Positions 14,201 to 28,017 of a stretch of 64,000 nucleotides of DNA are shown here, one piece after another; position 1 is the stretch's first letter; the number at the start of each line of letters is the position of its first letter. A program made the translations under genes and the position numbers. The stretch covers positions 744,001 through 808,000 of the forward strand of contig JAQGDQ010000027.1 of the NCBI GenBank assembly GCA_030141605.1, in the 5' to 3' direction. Source of the DNA: Tubiluchus corallicola (taxonomy: Eukaryota; Animalia; Priapulida). Under the pieces are notes generated by a model. That model did not search any database. It was not told the origin of the DNA and worked only from the letters and a program-made list of their open reading frames with translations.

Positions 14201-16599
14201 AAGTGTTAGATTGGTTGTAACGCCCATTATTCTCTTAGTAACACTTTGCACTTAGCATTTGCACGATGAAGATACTTACATAGACATCAGACATAGTCTG
14301 TATTGTAAATTCACTTTAAATAAACAAAGTTTAAACTTATAGTTGACAGCAGACATTGAAACAAAGACTAATTATTTTGCACAACCCTAACTTTAACTAG
14401 GCCGGATACGACAAAAGAAAAAAATTGTCAATACGTAAAATAGCAAATAAAGTAATTAAACGTAATGAAATAACAATAGATCAAACTGTAAGAGATCATA
14501 AAAAGTATAGTTCCATTTCTGGACGTACAATTTACGTTTATCAGAACACTTTTAGCAAAACCAAAAACCCACAGCTCTGTGAGTTTTGAGCCAATTTTTC
14601 ATAGTATATTTCAATTTTCCAGTAGTTAATTAGCAATCTCATTTTGGATAACTATTTTATGGATTGCGTTTCGAAGCACATTTTCACTGGTTCGGTACGT
14701 CTTACCATTATTAGTTATTGTACCATTTGGATTTATATGTAGAGTTGAATTCAATTTACAGTTGCGAATTTGTTCCGCTAATTGCTTTTTACTAATCTAT
14801 GTCTTGTCTGTGTCTTCACTTGCCTTTCTATGATTCAGGTACCTTCACAAAGCAAACCTACTCTTCATGCATGCGCTGGTATTGACCTGATTTTATACAT
14901 GTAAACAAATGTAGTGTTATACAATGTTTTCAATAATGTATTGCTTGTTATTTTATTACGTACTGTCACTTACTGGAATGGGAGTTCTCGTCTGGGTCGT
15001 GCCCTTTGAGGACTATTACTAGAAAACTGTATGCGTTTATAAATCAGTGCACTTTCAAGATTAGCATTATTACAACCGAGATCTTTATAGCTAGTTGCCC
15101 TTTGCTTACCAAAATGATCGTGTAAACAGGGTAAGTAAGGTGTTATGGTCGTGGCTGAAATTAGGCAAAGCGCATGCGCGTGATTGTAGTCCTAGCCTTG
15201 CCGACTTGGTCGGTTTCTACACAAATGTTATGTATAAAAGAGTGATTCATAATTCTAACACTTTCTTCGTTGAGTCTCAAATAAACAAATACCTATTAAA
15301 GTTGTCATTATTGGTTCAAGCACGCTTAAATACAGATTTGTCTAAGAATCATACTACAGTGTTTGAAGGACAAAATAAAATGAAAGTGTAATGATCTCGT
15401 TGTGCACTCAACCGCTACCCTTCCAATTGTAATGGCAGCTTATTTTCTGTGAATTATACTTGTTATTGATTTTATTATTTTTTTATTATTATTATTATTT
15501 AAGAACATCTATAAAATACATTTTCATTAAAGAAAATGGCAGCAGGCACATAGTACTTATGCTAGCCATACAATACAATATAAAGTAATTTATAGTATGT
15601 TTACAATCACAGTTATAAAACAAATACGTGTGCAGTAAAATTTTTATCATTAAACCAGAGAAAAAACTTAAAAACTTGGAAAACGTAAAACGGTGAGAGA
15701 CTACAAACAGTAAAGAAAAAACCTTACCTAAACGATTAACCCGTATTTTGTAGTAGAGTTTAGTTAGGTTAGGTTAGGTTAGATTAACCATCAGATTTTG
15801 ATGGCTTTTTGTGTCCCTCTTTACCGCAGGAAAATGCCCGTTAAATGTATTTGTCTTTTTTAGATTAATATCTTTTTAACCAGAGCCCGTACGGCCACTG
15901 ATTCTACCAGCTCCGTCCATCTTGGATTGTCTGTGCCCTCAATGGCGAGGAATCGAACGTAACAAAATATTAAAACTTGTTTATACAAGCGCCGATTTCC
16001 GTACGCTTTTTAATACGGAAATTCGTAAGTTGTTCCATGTGATTCTCCACGCGGATTTATCGTTCATACAGAGAGCAACTTGCTCAGGAATTCGCGTTTT
16101 CGTTCCGTTATACAATAGCAGAAGGATCTAATGCTTAGTTCGCTTAAACAAAGTTCATTGAGATTGGGGTGAAAAAGGGGTTTGGGAAGAGGTTTTAACT
16201 TATAGCAATAATTTATTACATACATATTTGTATGTATTTACAACTATTTACGAAACTTGAAAACATCGTGTTCAAAATACTAAGTGATTGCTTTTATGAT
16301 CGAGCGACTAAGTGATCACTCCATCACACTTCCCTGCAGCAGTCTATCTATCCATTGCTTAGTGTTCTTCAGTTATGCCCGCATAAATTCTACGTAAGCT
16401 TGCACGCAAAGATCCGTTTTCTAGTTCAACGTAGACTTCTGCAATTATTACGAACAAGAAGACTGGGATTTGATGATTGGTCCTAAAGAGCTGTTGCAGC
16501 TTTGTTACATTTTATTGCTCCTTGGTAACTGTTTCTTCATTTAAAGAACTTCTGAACGCACTAACATATATAAGCAATAAAAGAATCCGGGAAAATGAA

Positions 16600-17000
16600 A
16601 CCATGCGCAGGAAAGCCTTTAGTCACTTGTGTGTTATAACTACGTAAAGACAGTGTGTAACTGTGTAAAAACTGTTTGATTTTGCCGACATGAAGCAGGT
16701 AGTATTTTCTTGAAACCTATCCTGAATTATTGTAATAAATGTTATGTCATATTCTAATACTTTGGAGTGCATTTTTAAACCTAACTGATATATTTGGAAG
16801 ACGTCCATTAAAGCTCTGGAAAGAATTTGCATAACCACACGAATTAGGGAATTCACACATAATAGAAATAGATTGGATTTGAATTATTTAAGCAGTTTCT
16901 TGGATCAGCAAATTGACTGGTGTAATGGTATTACAGCACATGTGCACACTTACATCTGGGGAGTTAGCCATAAAGATTCTTACCAAGCGACGTTAAGTCA
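16600..17000 (+). mobile_element. CR1-like LINE RT C-terminal remnant
   Basis: IKALERICITTR resembles the conserved I..LERVQRRATR. Confidence 0.4.
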
Positions 17001-17289
17001 GTTCGCGCTAGTAAACTTATTTCGACGAGATTTCAAATCAGCGTCATCCATTTTCAAACTGCTGTAAAAACAAATTTTGAGCTGCAGATAGGCTTGCTCT
17101 GTCAGCAAGGAAGCAATCTTTGGAATAAAGTTATCGCAAGATTTATCTTTTTTAGCGTTTTGCTGATAACACAGCACTTTTGACAGTTTGGCTGTTGAAA
17201 GGTTTTGTAGGTCGATCATGTGCATGTGCCGCTGTTCTACGCACCACGTTTCGTTGATATAATATTAAACAAAATTGTGGATAGTGGTT

Positions 17290-17950
17290 AAGAGGAAATC
17301 CAGATTAGAGTAATGGCTGTCGCAGCAGCGAGGATTAAACGGAATTTCGCTTAATTAGAATTAAATACGGATGAAGAAAAATGACATTAGAAATAGCAGT
17401 TAGAAAAAAACGTGCAAAACGAGATCAAGATTTGTTTCGATAAGAACTAGAGGAATTAAAAAGTATAATTTTATTATACGTGACATATGAAGAGAGAAAC
17501 TTGACAAACTATGAGAGATATCGTTTCTTTTTCACAGTGAAGCCCACTAAATTTTCGGCATCTGCCTTTTCTGTTTATTTAATACCGGACCAATACACAA
17601 AACCTCACAAAATCATTCAATTTCAATAAACTATTTGGTCATATTTTTCCGGTCATCAACAACCGGTCGACACTTTCTAGTCGAATTTTGGTCCCACATT
17701 CTATTTAGACTAAGGAGTGGCCGAACACGTCGCAAGTGGTTTTTCGTTATGCTTTACAGCTGTGTAGACATCTCACAACTTCGACGATAGCTGTTCCAAC
17801 AACAAGTCGATCGAATGCCTTCCTAAGCGTGCAAATAGGTTAGACCTATGGTTGGAGGATGTGCAGAGCTGAACTGGGATATTAAAACTTATGTAAATAC
17901 GAGAGTCGAATCGCTTGCATGGTGTGCTGGTATTCCACTCAACACTTATT
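17290..17950 (+). mobile_element. RTE-like LINE 3' remnant
   Basis: Degenerate RLRWAGHV-like segment (~17710-17735) and KRANRLDLWLEDVQS*TG. Confidence 0.45.
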
Positions 17951-18975
17951 TCTGTTCTGCTTCCTGGTTTAGTTTGCAAGTTTTCGTATGAGGTTTCTGA
18001 CCAATGTTACATCAGATCTAACTCAAAGTAATCACTTTGGCAGTGTAAACAACAGCTTAACCTTCAATAATTATTAAATTATTTCACTGAAAAACATCAT
18101 TTTATTGGCATAATTCAGTAGAAAACGTTGCCCAAAAATGACTAGCGTCATGGTTCAATTGCAATGAACTTCAGTAACAGCTGCAATTTTAGCTGCAGTG
18201 ACAGGTGTTTAATGTTTTAAATGCGACTCAAAACAAATTTGTCTGATCTCAATGGTATCCGCCAAATGACCTGTGACAAAACAACGAGCGCCGCACCAAA
18301 GTCGTCCCTTGAGTCGCTCATGCCTTAGGGTCATTTTTATGCTTGTTAATAGCCAACTAATCTGTGGCTTAGTTTAAAAGACTTGCGTAGTCTTAAGTAA
18401 GTGAGAGATTATCACGAGGATCTGTTACTCTAGTTAACCGTGTTAAGTCAAATACTGATGGAAAACTGGAAAATGGTGTCAACACATTTCTCTGCACTGG
18501 TAAGGCTCTGATAATTGGCCGCTAGTGCTGGACAGTTCTATTTTGGCATATTTTCTTTCTTGAGTTTGTCCAATGTTTGTGCAAGTGCAAGAAGCCACCG
18601 CCATACACTTAGCCTGCACCTACTATGCATAGAGGAGACATATCCACATTTCTGGATATGCGCCAGCGTTCCAGTTTGCAACCTACTTAATAAACCTGTC
18701 AGCAAATTTTATCAAAGATACGGAAGTGACAAAGAAAACTGAGCTTTTCTACAGCATGGCCCTATAGTATTGCTATAGTGATTTACTATTGCCGCGCTAT
18801 TTCCGTAACACCCTTTCGTTAATCCGCCCTACTATGCAGCAGCACAAGGCTTCATAACACCGCGTAGGTTCAGTTCCTGGTTTATTTGAAGCCACGCGTG
18901 ATGTGTTATAATATGCAACAAATCAGTGCTCTCACAAGCTGCACTTATCAGAGGTTCTAAACTTGACCACTTTGA

Positions 18976-19153
18976 ATGAAGCCATTAGGAACTTTGAGTG
19001 CGAATGAGATCATGGATAAAGTTGTGGTTTTGCTGTTGAAAAAACTGAAGCCAAATGCAGAGCAAAAACCCGACAAAAAGGAGGCGGACAAAACAGAAGA
19101 GACAGAGTCGCACAATCGAGCGAAATCGAACTGGAAACGAGCTGTTGAATCAG
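18976..19153 (+). CDS. STAC-like gene, putative alternative first coding exon B (MKPLGTLSANEIMDKVVVLLLKKLKP...HNRAKSNWKRAVES)
   Basis: In-frame TGA immediately before ATG 18976, coding-like K/E-rich composition, donor G|gtaggc after 19153 (phase 1) matching the phase-1 acceptor at 22081. Confidence 0.55.
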
Positions 19154-22080
19154 GTAGGCCAGTGTTTCCACGAGTGGCAACAAACTCAATTCACTTCAAA
19201 CTCAGTTCAAATTTATTGTCTCATACAATTCAATTGGTTTGCTTAAATGCTATTAGTTCATCATAGAAAACAGATAGAAGAGGCAGGGTGGTGAAAGACA
19301 ACAATTGACAAAGTAATACAACAATTACTTGAATAGGCTGCAACAGAAAAATACTTTTTAACGTATTTATTCATTATTTTTCCAAGGATAATCTGACCTT
19401 TGATCACTAGTAAGGCTAACATAAAGATTTCAGAAATAGCTTCTGTATAAAAAAGGAACGTGTCTATGCAATATAAAAAAATTAAAAGCTGACTTATTTA
19501 CTTAAATCTAGCAGTTTTGTTGATGAATTTTTGAACATTGTTTGCCACCAAAGAAAGTTGGTAAAGAAGAATTACTTTGTAACTACGTTTCTTACTTTTG
19601 TTACCATTAACGTCATATTAAGTTGAAATTATTGTTTATGCTTTCTCACATTCTCCCCTTACATCAAGCTAAACGTCTTTACTCTCTTTGTACCTTTGTC
19701 GCGTGGACTTTATTTTAGCATTTTGCCCAAATCGCTCAGGAAAGATGAAGTGTGCAAGACATATTTCCGTGAACAGGAAGCAACAGTTAGCCATAAGGGC
19801 ATGCATAATAATAATATGAGGTTTCATCTATTAGACGTGCATTGCCGCTGCGAAAAGATGTTTCGGTTGAAATGAAAAACCTCAGCTGTTGTGTCACTCA
19901 GTGGGATTGAGCATAGTCAAACAATAAATTAGCTTTCTGCCTTTCACTGTGAAAAATGAAGTAGATGCATAATGGATTAAATTTGTTTTGCAGATGTTTA
20001 ACACTGACATACTTAAACTCAAAAACATTTGATTTGCTTGTTTCTGCCAGTTCCAGTTTAAATGTAAAAAACTCTTTTGTCAGTTATTCTTTGGCGAGAA
20101 TTGACAGCAGCTTTTAAATTCAACTGAATATAAAGTAAAACAGAAGTGCAGCTTCAGCATGTGTGCTGCTGGCGTATTATCAAACGTTTGAGTTGCTCAA
20201 TAATTCGTAATTTGGTAGTTGTGGAGCACTCATAGCTTTTTCCACGTGAAACGACACGTCACATGTTAACCGTTAGGTTAGTCAGTAGAGTATTTATGTC
20301 TAGATTAAGAAAGTCAATGTATGGTAGTGAAGTGAGTTAGTAATGCATAGGTCCGTGAACTTATTATAGCCATCATTGGCAGCATTAGAAAATCTGTTAT
20401 TTTTTGTTATAAACATTCTATGCAACGTAGAATCAAGATTTATCATCAAGGTCTGCTTGGAATAGATCATCCATTGCAGCGGGTCATTATCAGTGATACT
20501 CTCCTAACATGAGATACTGAATTGGCAGGTGTTTTAGCCGCGTTCGGATGCATATGCACTCACCCCAAATAAGGTTAATGACCTCGGCAGTATGACAAAT
20601 GAATCCGCCCAGAAAGTTATCGCGGCAGTCATCTATCCAATTACTGACCACGTTCAGCGTTTAATTAACTTCGGTTAAGCTAAGAACACACCGTTGCGTT
20701 TTGCCGTGTTTGTTGCTTGTGAATCACATTTTTATTGCGTAACATATTGGTGATACACCAACACAATGATAACAACATTCACGGGGACATCCTGGTGCCA
20801 GTGCTGCGTAATGCCTGATGTAAATTTGATGTCTCACGGAAGAGCAGGTGCAAATTTAAGATGATTAACAAGCATTAGTGTCATATGTTTTCAGTTATTT
20901 ATTCTCGTGATTCGTATGAAATATTAACGAAGGCATTATACCATTATTTTCCGGCTTGGTCATGTAACTAATGTTGACTTCCAATCTTGGAATATCGTAA
21001 TAAAATAATTTTGAAGAATATACACAAACAATGTGTTTGCATATTCTCTTATATATTCAGACCCTTAGTGGAATAAGTAGTGTATCGTTATCGTGCAATA
21101 TTGAAATGAGTAGTTTTTCCACGAGGTATCCATGCGAACTAAACCTCTTCTTTGTTACCTTCACATTTATAATCAGTAACTTAATGTACCTTGTTACCTT
21201 GCAGTGTGCCCTCGATTCTCAGTAACACTCTACTATCAGTAAACATTTTATGACTGCTCTTTGCATCAGTAACGCTAGCTATTTCAAGGTTATAATAAAT
21301 ATGGTTTGATTAAGCTTCACTGTAACTCAGTTGAAATTTATTGCTGATGTTAATGGCAAATGATTGTTGAAGATTAGCAAGAGCATGCATTCATTAGTGG
21401 TGACGTCATTGTAAGAGTAATGCAGACATTTAATCACATTTGATGCCGCATAGAGCTAATTGCAGGATAAAGCCAGTGCAATGAATTGCTCGAATTTTAA
21501 ATGAACTCCACGAATAGTTTGCCATGTTTTGCATACTTCATAAAGCTTTTGCAAATGGCAAGGAAATTTATTTGTCACATAAATAACTGACACATTTTAA
21601 CTTTGATGATCGTCAGTTTAAATTAATCTAACATTCTCTCGAATTGGCTCTACATAATTGATAATTATTCTTATAATATCGAGTCATTTGATTTAGTCAT
21701 GCTATAATTTTTGTGCTTATGAACTTATTGTTCTTGATAAACCAATTTTCAGTATTGTTCTTTGTTTATTAGGAGTAAATATTGCGATGAATGTCAGTTT
21801 TTTTAGTTAATAGGTAAACGTTTAGTTTAGTTTATGTAAACGTCTTAGAAATCTGTTATCCTCTTAATATATTAATCTAATGCATTTGAGAATTTTAGGT
21901 AGGTAGACAGACAGACAGATAGATACGACTGCAGTGCTTTTCATTTATTTTTTTATTATTTTATTATTGTATATTGCAAATATATCACTTTTAACGATCT
22001 GATTACCGAATAAACAACTATGCTGCTAAAATACTTCGCCAAAATATATTATGATAATTTTAAATATTCTCTACTTTCAG

Positions 22081-22194
22081 CTCACATGACAGAGAGTGCA
22101 GCGTTAGCCGTAACGGATAGAAAGCATGAATTCAACGACTACGATTTCAAGAAACCCACATTCTGTGATTACTGCAAAGACTGCATTAGACAAG
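22081..22194 (+). CDS. STAC-like gene, C1 domain first half (AHMTESAALAVTDRKHEFNDYDFKKPTFCDYCKDCIRQ)
   Basis: ctactttcag acceptor, G|gtaaac donor. H-x12-C-x2-C pattern; FKKPTFCD matches the vertebrate STAC C1 sequence as I recall it (HAFQEYIFKKPTFCDVC). Confidence 0.9.
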
Positions 22195-25100
22195 GTAAAC
22201 TATACCTAAATATTGCCTACCAGTATTATTGTTTAGAATTTTTGCAGTGCTGCAGAGTTTTCTTTTTATCTTGCTAACAAGAATACCATGAGGTTTCCAT
22301 TACAGCTCCAAACACAACACTATAAAAATGTGTTCTGAGTGGATTGGATTAAAAATCACAGTGCGTATTAGTCGTAAAACAACCGGTGGGGCCAATATGT
22401 TCAATCTCTAGTGTGGTCTGCTGAATGAATGAGATGTTATCATTCGACTAAGACATCAATTTCAATAAAACTGTTTATGGTACTTTCAACAAAAGCTTGT
22501 AGGTAGAATTGAATATTCTATCATCCTTAACTATTTAATAGTTGTATTGCCTACAACATAAGATAAAAGATAAGATAAGATACATTTTATTCCAGGTAAA
22601 AACCCATAATATCAGAACACATATAAAGTAAAAACTGCTACATATGTACAATAGGCACTACGTCACGCGCACATGAATTCTACCACAATAAAATTATTTA
22701 CAGATAAAAAAATTGGCAAAATACATGTACAAAGATGTAAAATTAACTGATGTCTTCTGTACACAGCTGATTTATCCAACGTTGATAAATTTTAGATAAA
22801 AAAAATACAATCACTGTTGAAAATTTCATTTATTAAACTGTTATGACTATCAAAAAGACGCATCTTTAGACTGTAAATATTTTTCCGTAAAATAATGTCA
22901 AAATAGGGCACACTGAGATCAAGACACAAGCTTCTGGCAGAGCAATTGAAGGGTTATTTAAAAAGCATGTGTATTCTTTTATTATAAGCGACTCTTTTAT
23001 GTATTTGAAACTGTAGCAGTAAAAGTTGTGCCAAAGTGGTGAGCGATAAAAATTTGTACAGAGACATGAATAGTATTTGTTTGACCTGTGTGTTAACAGT
23101 GTGAGTAGATGGGAAAAACAGCAGATCTTCATATTACCACAAAACCACAGTTGTACCTAAAATCAGCATCCGATGATATTACTAAAATACGGCACCAAAT
23201 ATTTGCTCAATTTGAGCCAGATATATTCTGCAATTGTGCTCATAACTGACTAATTCTGACAGCGAAAATGCTGGAAATGATAACAACTAATGAAGGAGGA
23301 ACATTTCATCCATTCAGTGTCTAATTAATAAAACTGAGTTTAGTAAGCAAATCAATATTAATCAATACTCAGTACTGTTAATTAGTACTCTAACACTTTA
23401 GTCGAACGTCAACCAACCGTAGGTCTATATACTGTATATCAGACAATGTGAGTTCTACTAAACCTTTTGGTATTTGGCTGCCGTTATAAATGTCACGTTT
23501 AACAAATGAACAAAAATGATTTCTACAAAAACGCTAAACTATTATGACACGCGTTAGCTGCGTAAGCCCTTTGACATTTTACTGACATCGATGTGTATTA
23601 TATAAAAGGCGGTGAATAGCTTCAATTATTACGTGACAATTATTACTTCCGTGTTTCCGCAAAAAGTTTTTATGCAAGAGCTGGTTTCTCAACTGCAAAA
23701 TACGCAACATATATAAACAAAGTGGCTTCTTTGCAATAACTTCTCCACTTGTAAATATTGTGACATTTAATGCTAAAGTAAATATTAAACTGGCCACCAA
23801 GATGAGAGCATCACTGTGTATGTAATAGTTCGTTAGCTCACCACCGCAGCGCTTGCGTGTTGTTCTTTGATGAAACGATCAAACAAATTTCACTGTTAAA
23901 CGCGCTCATTATAAACAGTAGCAGATTCTTTGGCAGGTTTTATTTGTATTGAAGCTTAATTGGGCACAGCTGTCCGCTTCTTTCACTGCCTAAAAGTACC
24001 GCTGTGAGCCACTGATAAGTATGTTACGATGCCTGTGTACAAGAGGCCATCTTTCAAGCACCCCAGAAAAAGCTGCAAGATCTGTGCAATTTTTTGGCAA
24101 ATTGCCAAATAGCAGCCTACTTATGAAAAACGTCAATTAATATGAAATAACTTATTTCAACTCTAAACCCATTTAGCAACTAGTGTCATCTAGAACACCA
24201 TTTACCGTTGCAACGGAATTCGGTTTTTCTGTTCAAATTTAGAATACGGAATAACTCTATTGAACAACGAGAAAGAGAACGGCCATACAGCGAAATTTAC
24301 CTCTTTATAGAGTTACTTTACAAGCGAGCTCTTTGGTTATTAAAACTTTCCGATTATTTCAAACAATTAGCTAACAAATTCCCTTTAAAACAACTATGAA
24401 ATAATTCAAATTCTTACTTGTAGAAATGTTTGCTAATCATTTTGTTATGACGCTGTTGCTTTCTTACTCTAAAACCGCAGGCGGAAAACGTATTTATAAT
24501 TATTAATTCTAAACTAAGCCTATTTGTTCGAATAATCAAATAACTTAATGACTAAATTACAGGCATGTACTTTAGCCATTCCCGAAAATTAAATTTGTCA
24601 ACTCACTTGGTAACAAATTAATTAATGAACCTGAAAGACGGGGTATTGAATGCGGCGTATTGCACTGGGTTATTATGAAAATATCGATTAACTATAAAAT
24701 CCAATTTAGGCGCTGAACGCAAAACTGGCAGCTTTCCATTGATGCCAGAATTGCTTAACGCCACTTTATTAGCCACCGCATTAATGTTTAATCAGGAATT
24801 TTCTAGCCACTTTGAGACTGAATGTAGGGATTTGACGCCTTCCCTGTGACGTGGCATTAACTATTTATCCTACACGGTTGACAGTTATTTTTACCAGGTT
24901 TGATTGTAGAGAATAAGCTAATAACTCATTTTTCATTAATTTCTCAATGTGCTCACATGCATGTTCACATAATCAGTTTGATAATGAATTTGTAATGAAG
25001 AGCGTTTAATATGTATTGAGCACATAGTGGATGACATCTGTCAGGCTATACTGAGATGATAATAGCTGTTACTGTAGCATGAATGTTTCTAAGAACAATA

Positions 25101-25787
25101 TAAAACGTTTTATATAAAATATTTTAAAACTGTAAGTTTGCCAGGGAGAACTTATAATCAAATGTCAAAATTAGTAATGCGTCCTTAAAATTCTGTATTT
25201 TATTCCTGATTTTCAACACAGTGTACTAACCTCAATATGGCAGATAATTTATTATTATCTGTGGTCAATTTGTGTGGTCGCTTCTAGCGCTTCATTTGAC
25301 ACAAATGCAAAAGTCGAATGAACGGTCATAGTCGAATGATGGCAAACCGAAAGAAAAAGAAACAAAACACAAGATTTGGGACAGACCGCTATAAGCTGTA
25401 TTGCTGATGTTCGATATTGCCAAAGTAAACTTACCTAGTTTGTCATTGAACCGGGTCTTTTTCAATTAGATGACAATCTTCTATTAATGTGGTGCAGTTA
25501 TACAATCCAACTTTAGTTGGATATTCATTGACTTTATATACACCACCTGCATCTGTCCACTGGGCCATTAAACTCTTTTTGGGCAGCTCACATTCTCGGT
25601 TGTCTACTGGTATACTTGAGATCAGAGTATCACTCACCCACGGAAATTTCAGGCCTAAAAATAATTAAAATCAAAATTAATCTAATTAAATAGTCTTTAA
25701 GCCTGAAACCACTTTAGTCTGAAAGATCTAACATAATGTTAAATTTTGTTGGCCAGCTATAAGAGATGAACTGTCGTGATCGCTGCT

Positions 25788-25902
25788 GAATAAGTTGTCT
25801 TAGTGGCCTAAGGCGTCTCGCTTGTAAACAAAAGGTTCCTGGTTCAAATCCGGAGTGTATTCCAAGTTGTTCACATTTTCTGTCTTTCAAGTTTGTATCA
25901 AA
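25788..25902 (+). repeat. tRNA-derived repeat (SINE head / tRNA pseudogene)
   Basis: A-box-like TAGTGGCCTAAGGC, CTTGTAA loop, B box GGTTCAAATCC. Stems are poor. Tail shared with 34797-35000. Confidence 0.65.
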
Positions 25903-26679
25903 ATTTAATAAATTATGGATTTGTACCATCATCAATAAATTATTTTTGTTTAATTCTTCATTATTAAAACAAAATTTCTGAACTGGCTGTGCAAATACAT
26001 GTAGTGCACATTCCCAAACAAACTGAAAGAACTGTGTACATTCCGTGAGTTATTCTCTCGGTGAAAACAAGAAACCAGCTGCCAACATCGACGGCTTTTC
26101 AGCGATTGGCAATTTTTTTTTTGAATCGATGGTAGAGTACACATGTATGACATCATCCCTTGAGGGCATTTGTTAAAAATAACAAACATCAGAAATTCTT
26201 TCCGAGCTTGTACAATTTCCAACCACATTTGATCAGCTTCGTCAGCAGACGAAACAGAATAAAAAACTCCTGTAACGTTTTACTATTTCATTTATCGTTC
26301 TTCAAGCCAAAGGGTCCTATTTATAGCTGTAAACCTCACACTTGGCTGTGATACTGCTACGGATCAGCAAATGATGAATTAGAGGCTTGGGGATCTTTTG
26401 TGATTAAAACCCGTCATGGTGGTCGTGTTTCAAGGCGTAAAAACAATGAAAATAAACTAAGCTTATTCAGTTGACGTTCATAAATACTTTAGCCGTTCAA
26501 TTCAACTTGTCTTTTTTAAATCTAGAATACATGAAGCCAGTGCTTGCTATTTTAAACAGAAGATCGTCTGATACAGAAAACATTAGGACTGAAATCATTA
26601 GTACTGCAGTTAGCATAACAAAACACAAAACAATCAAATGCTTGGCACTGCGTTATTGTGCTGATAGTCTTTTATATTA

Positions 26680-27620
26680 GATTAGATTACTTATTCAATC
26701 CAAAAATACAATTGTACATTTACTTGAATAAGATCATTACAATTAAAGATAATTAGCACATGTCTGAAGAAGTGAGAAAGTGATCTAGCATGAGTCTACT
26801 TACGATGACCCACATTAATCAGTTATTTCTGTTAAATTTACAAAAAGCATTAAAATCAAATTTGAGAAGTTTAAAAAAAGAAACTTTCTCAACCGGACCG
26901 ACGGTAAACTATTCCACATATCATTTTTATACAGTTTGTAACTATGGCCCCTTACACCGAGACTAGCCGGATATGTAAAAAAAACTTTAATCTATAAAGC
27001 CATGACAAATTTTGAACACCATTTTCATATCAAAAATAAAGAACCTATAGCTTCAAGAGCTTGTAGCTTCAAACAATTAACACACGGTAACAACATATAA
27101 CCGTGCTGTGAAATATCGTTGTACATGCTCGATTTTATAACTCAAAATAACATTAAAGATTTCACACAGGGGTGCAGTATTCTAACAAAGGTCGAATGAA
27201 TGACATATACGGTGTTAAAAGAGCGTCAACGTTTTTTGTAACAAAACAACAAAATATGATATTTACTACTTTACTACTTTAGCAAACTGTTCAAAACAAT
27301 ATATTGAACATTTTAGGTCTGAATTTAGTGGAAGTCAGTAAGATCATTAATAATGCCGTTAAATTATTATTAGTGGGTATTATTAATTAAAAAGTAATGG
27401 GTAAATGTTAACAAAATTTGTACAATCAGTAAATGAAAACATAAATAAAATTTCATTTATCGATCAAGCTTATGACCAATAAAACTGTGAGTAACACTAA
27501 ACTCAATCACGTTTGCAAAGTATTTGAAAAACACAATCAAGGACAGGGCTCTACACGTAAATGAGTTTTCAGAAAACCTTGTAATCTTTCAATCAGCATT
27601 GTTTCTCGATCATCTCTCAT
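26680..27620 (-). mobile_element. CR1/L2 LINE RT remnant
   Basis: Minus strand reads QGF, YMSFIRPLLEYCTPV* and MWNSLPS...FK, then a (TAATC)n tail. Confidence 0.75.
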
Positions 27621-27986
27621 AATGCTTGTTTTGTAAAAATTATTTTTGCTAATAGAACACTAATAGTTTATAAAATTTCGTAGAACGTCAAAACTCCCAG
27701 TTAGTCAAACTTTTGTTGCTAAACCTGTCGTCGATTTAAACGACAATCTATGAAATTTGGATTATCACTGAAACTGCAAACCGACAGACTGCAAAAGAGC
27801 GTAAATGAAACCCCGCCAGTAATTATCCCCAACTTGCTAGTCATTTTATAGCATTTTTATGTGCTAAAATAAACTTTAAGTAAGTAAAATAAAAAACATT
27901 GTCTCGAAGAGCCTAAACAGCCAATAAATGTTGAAAATTAAGCATTTGCAAATATTATCCTGCGTTACATAATCATGCGTCTTTGA

Positions 27987-28017
<31 letters not shown>

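Noticed and set aside
20450-23600. Additional minus-strand LINE remnants (~20450-20830 and ~22560-23600)
   Set aside because: Only faint RT-like motifs and a tail microsatellite; too degraded to delimit or classify.
25788-25862. Functional tRNA-Thr/Tyr gene
   Set aside because: Acceptor and anticodon stems do not pair well, and the 3' flank is shared with other repeat copies.
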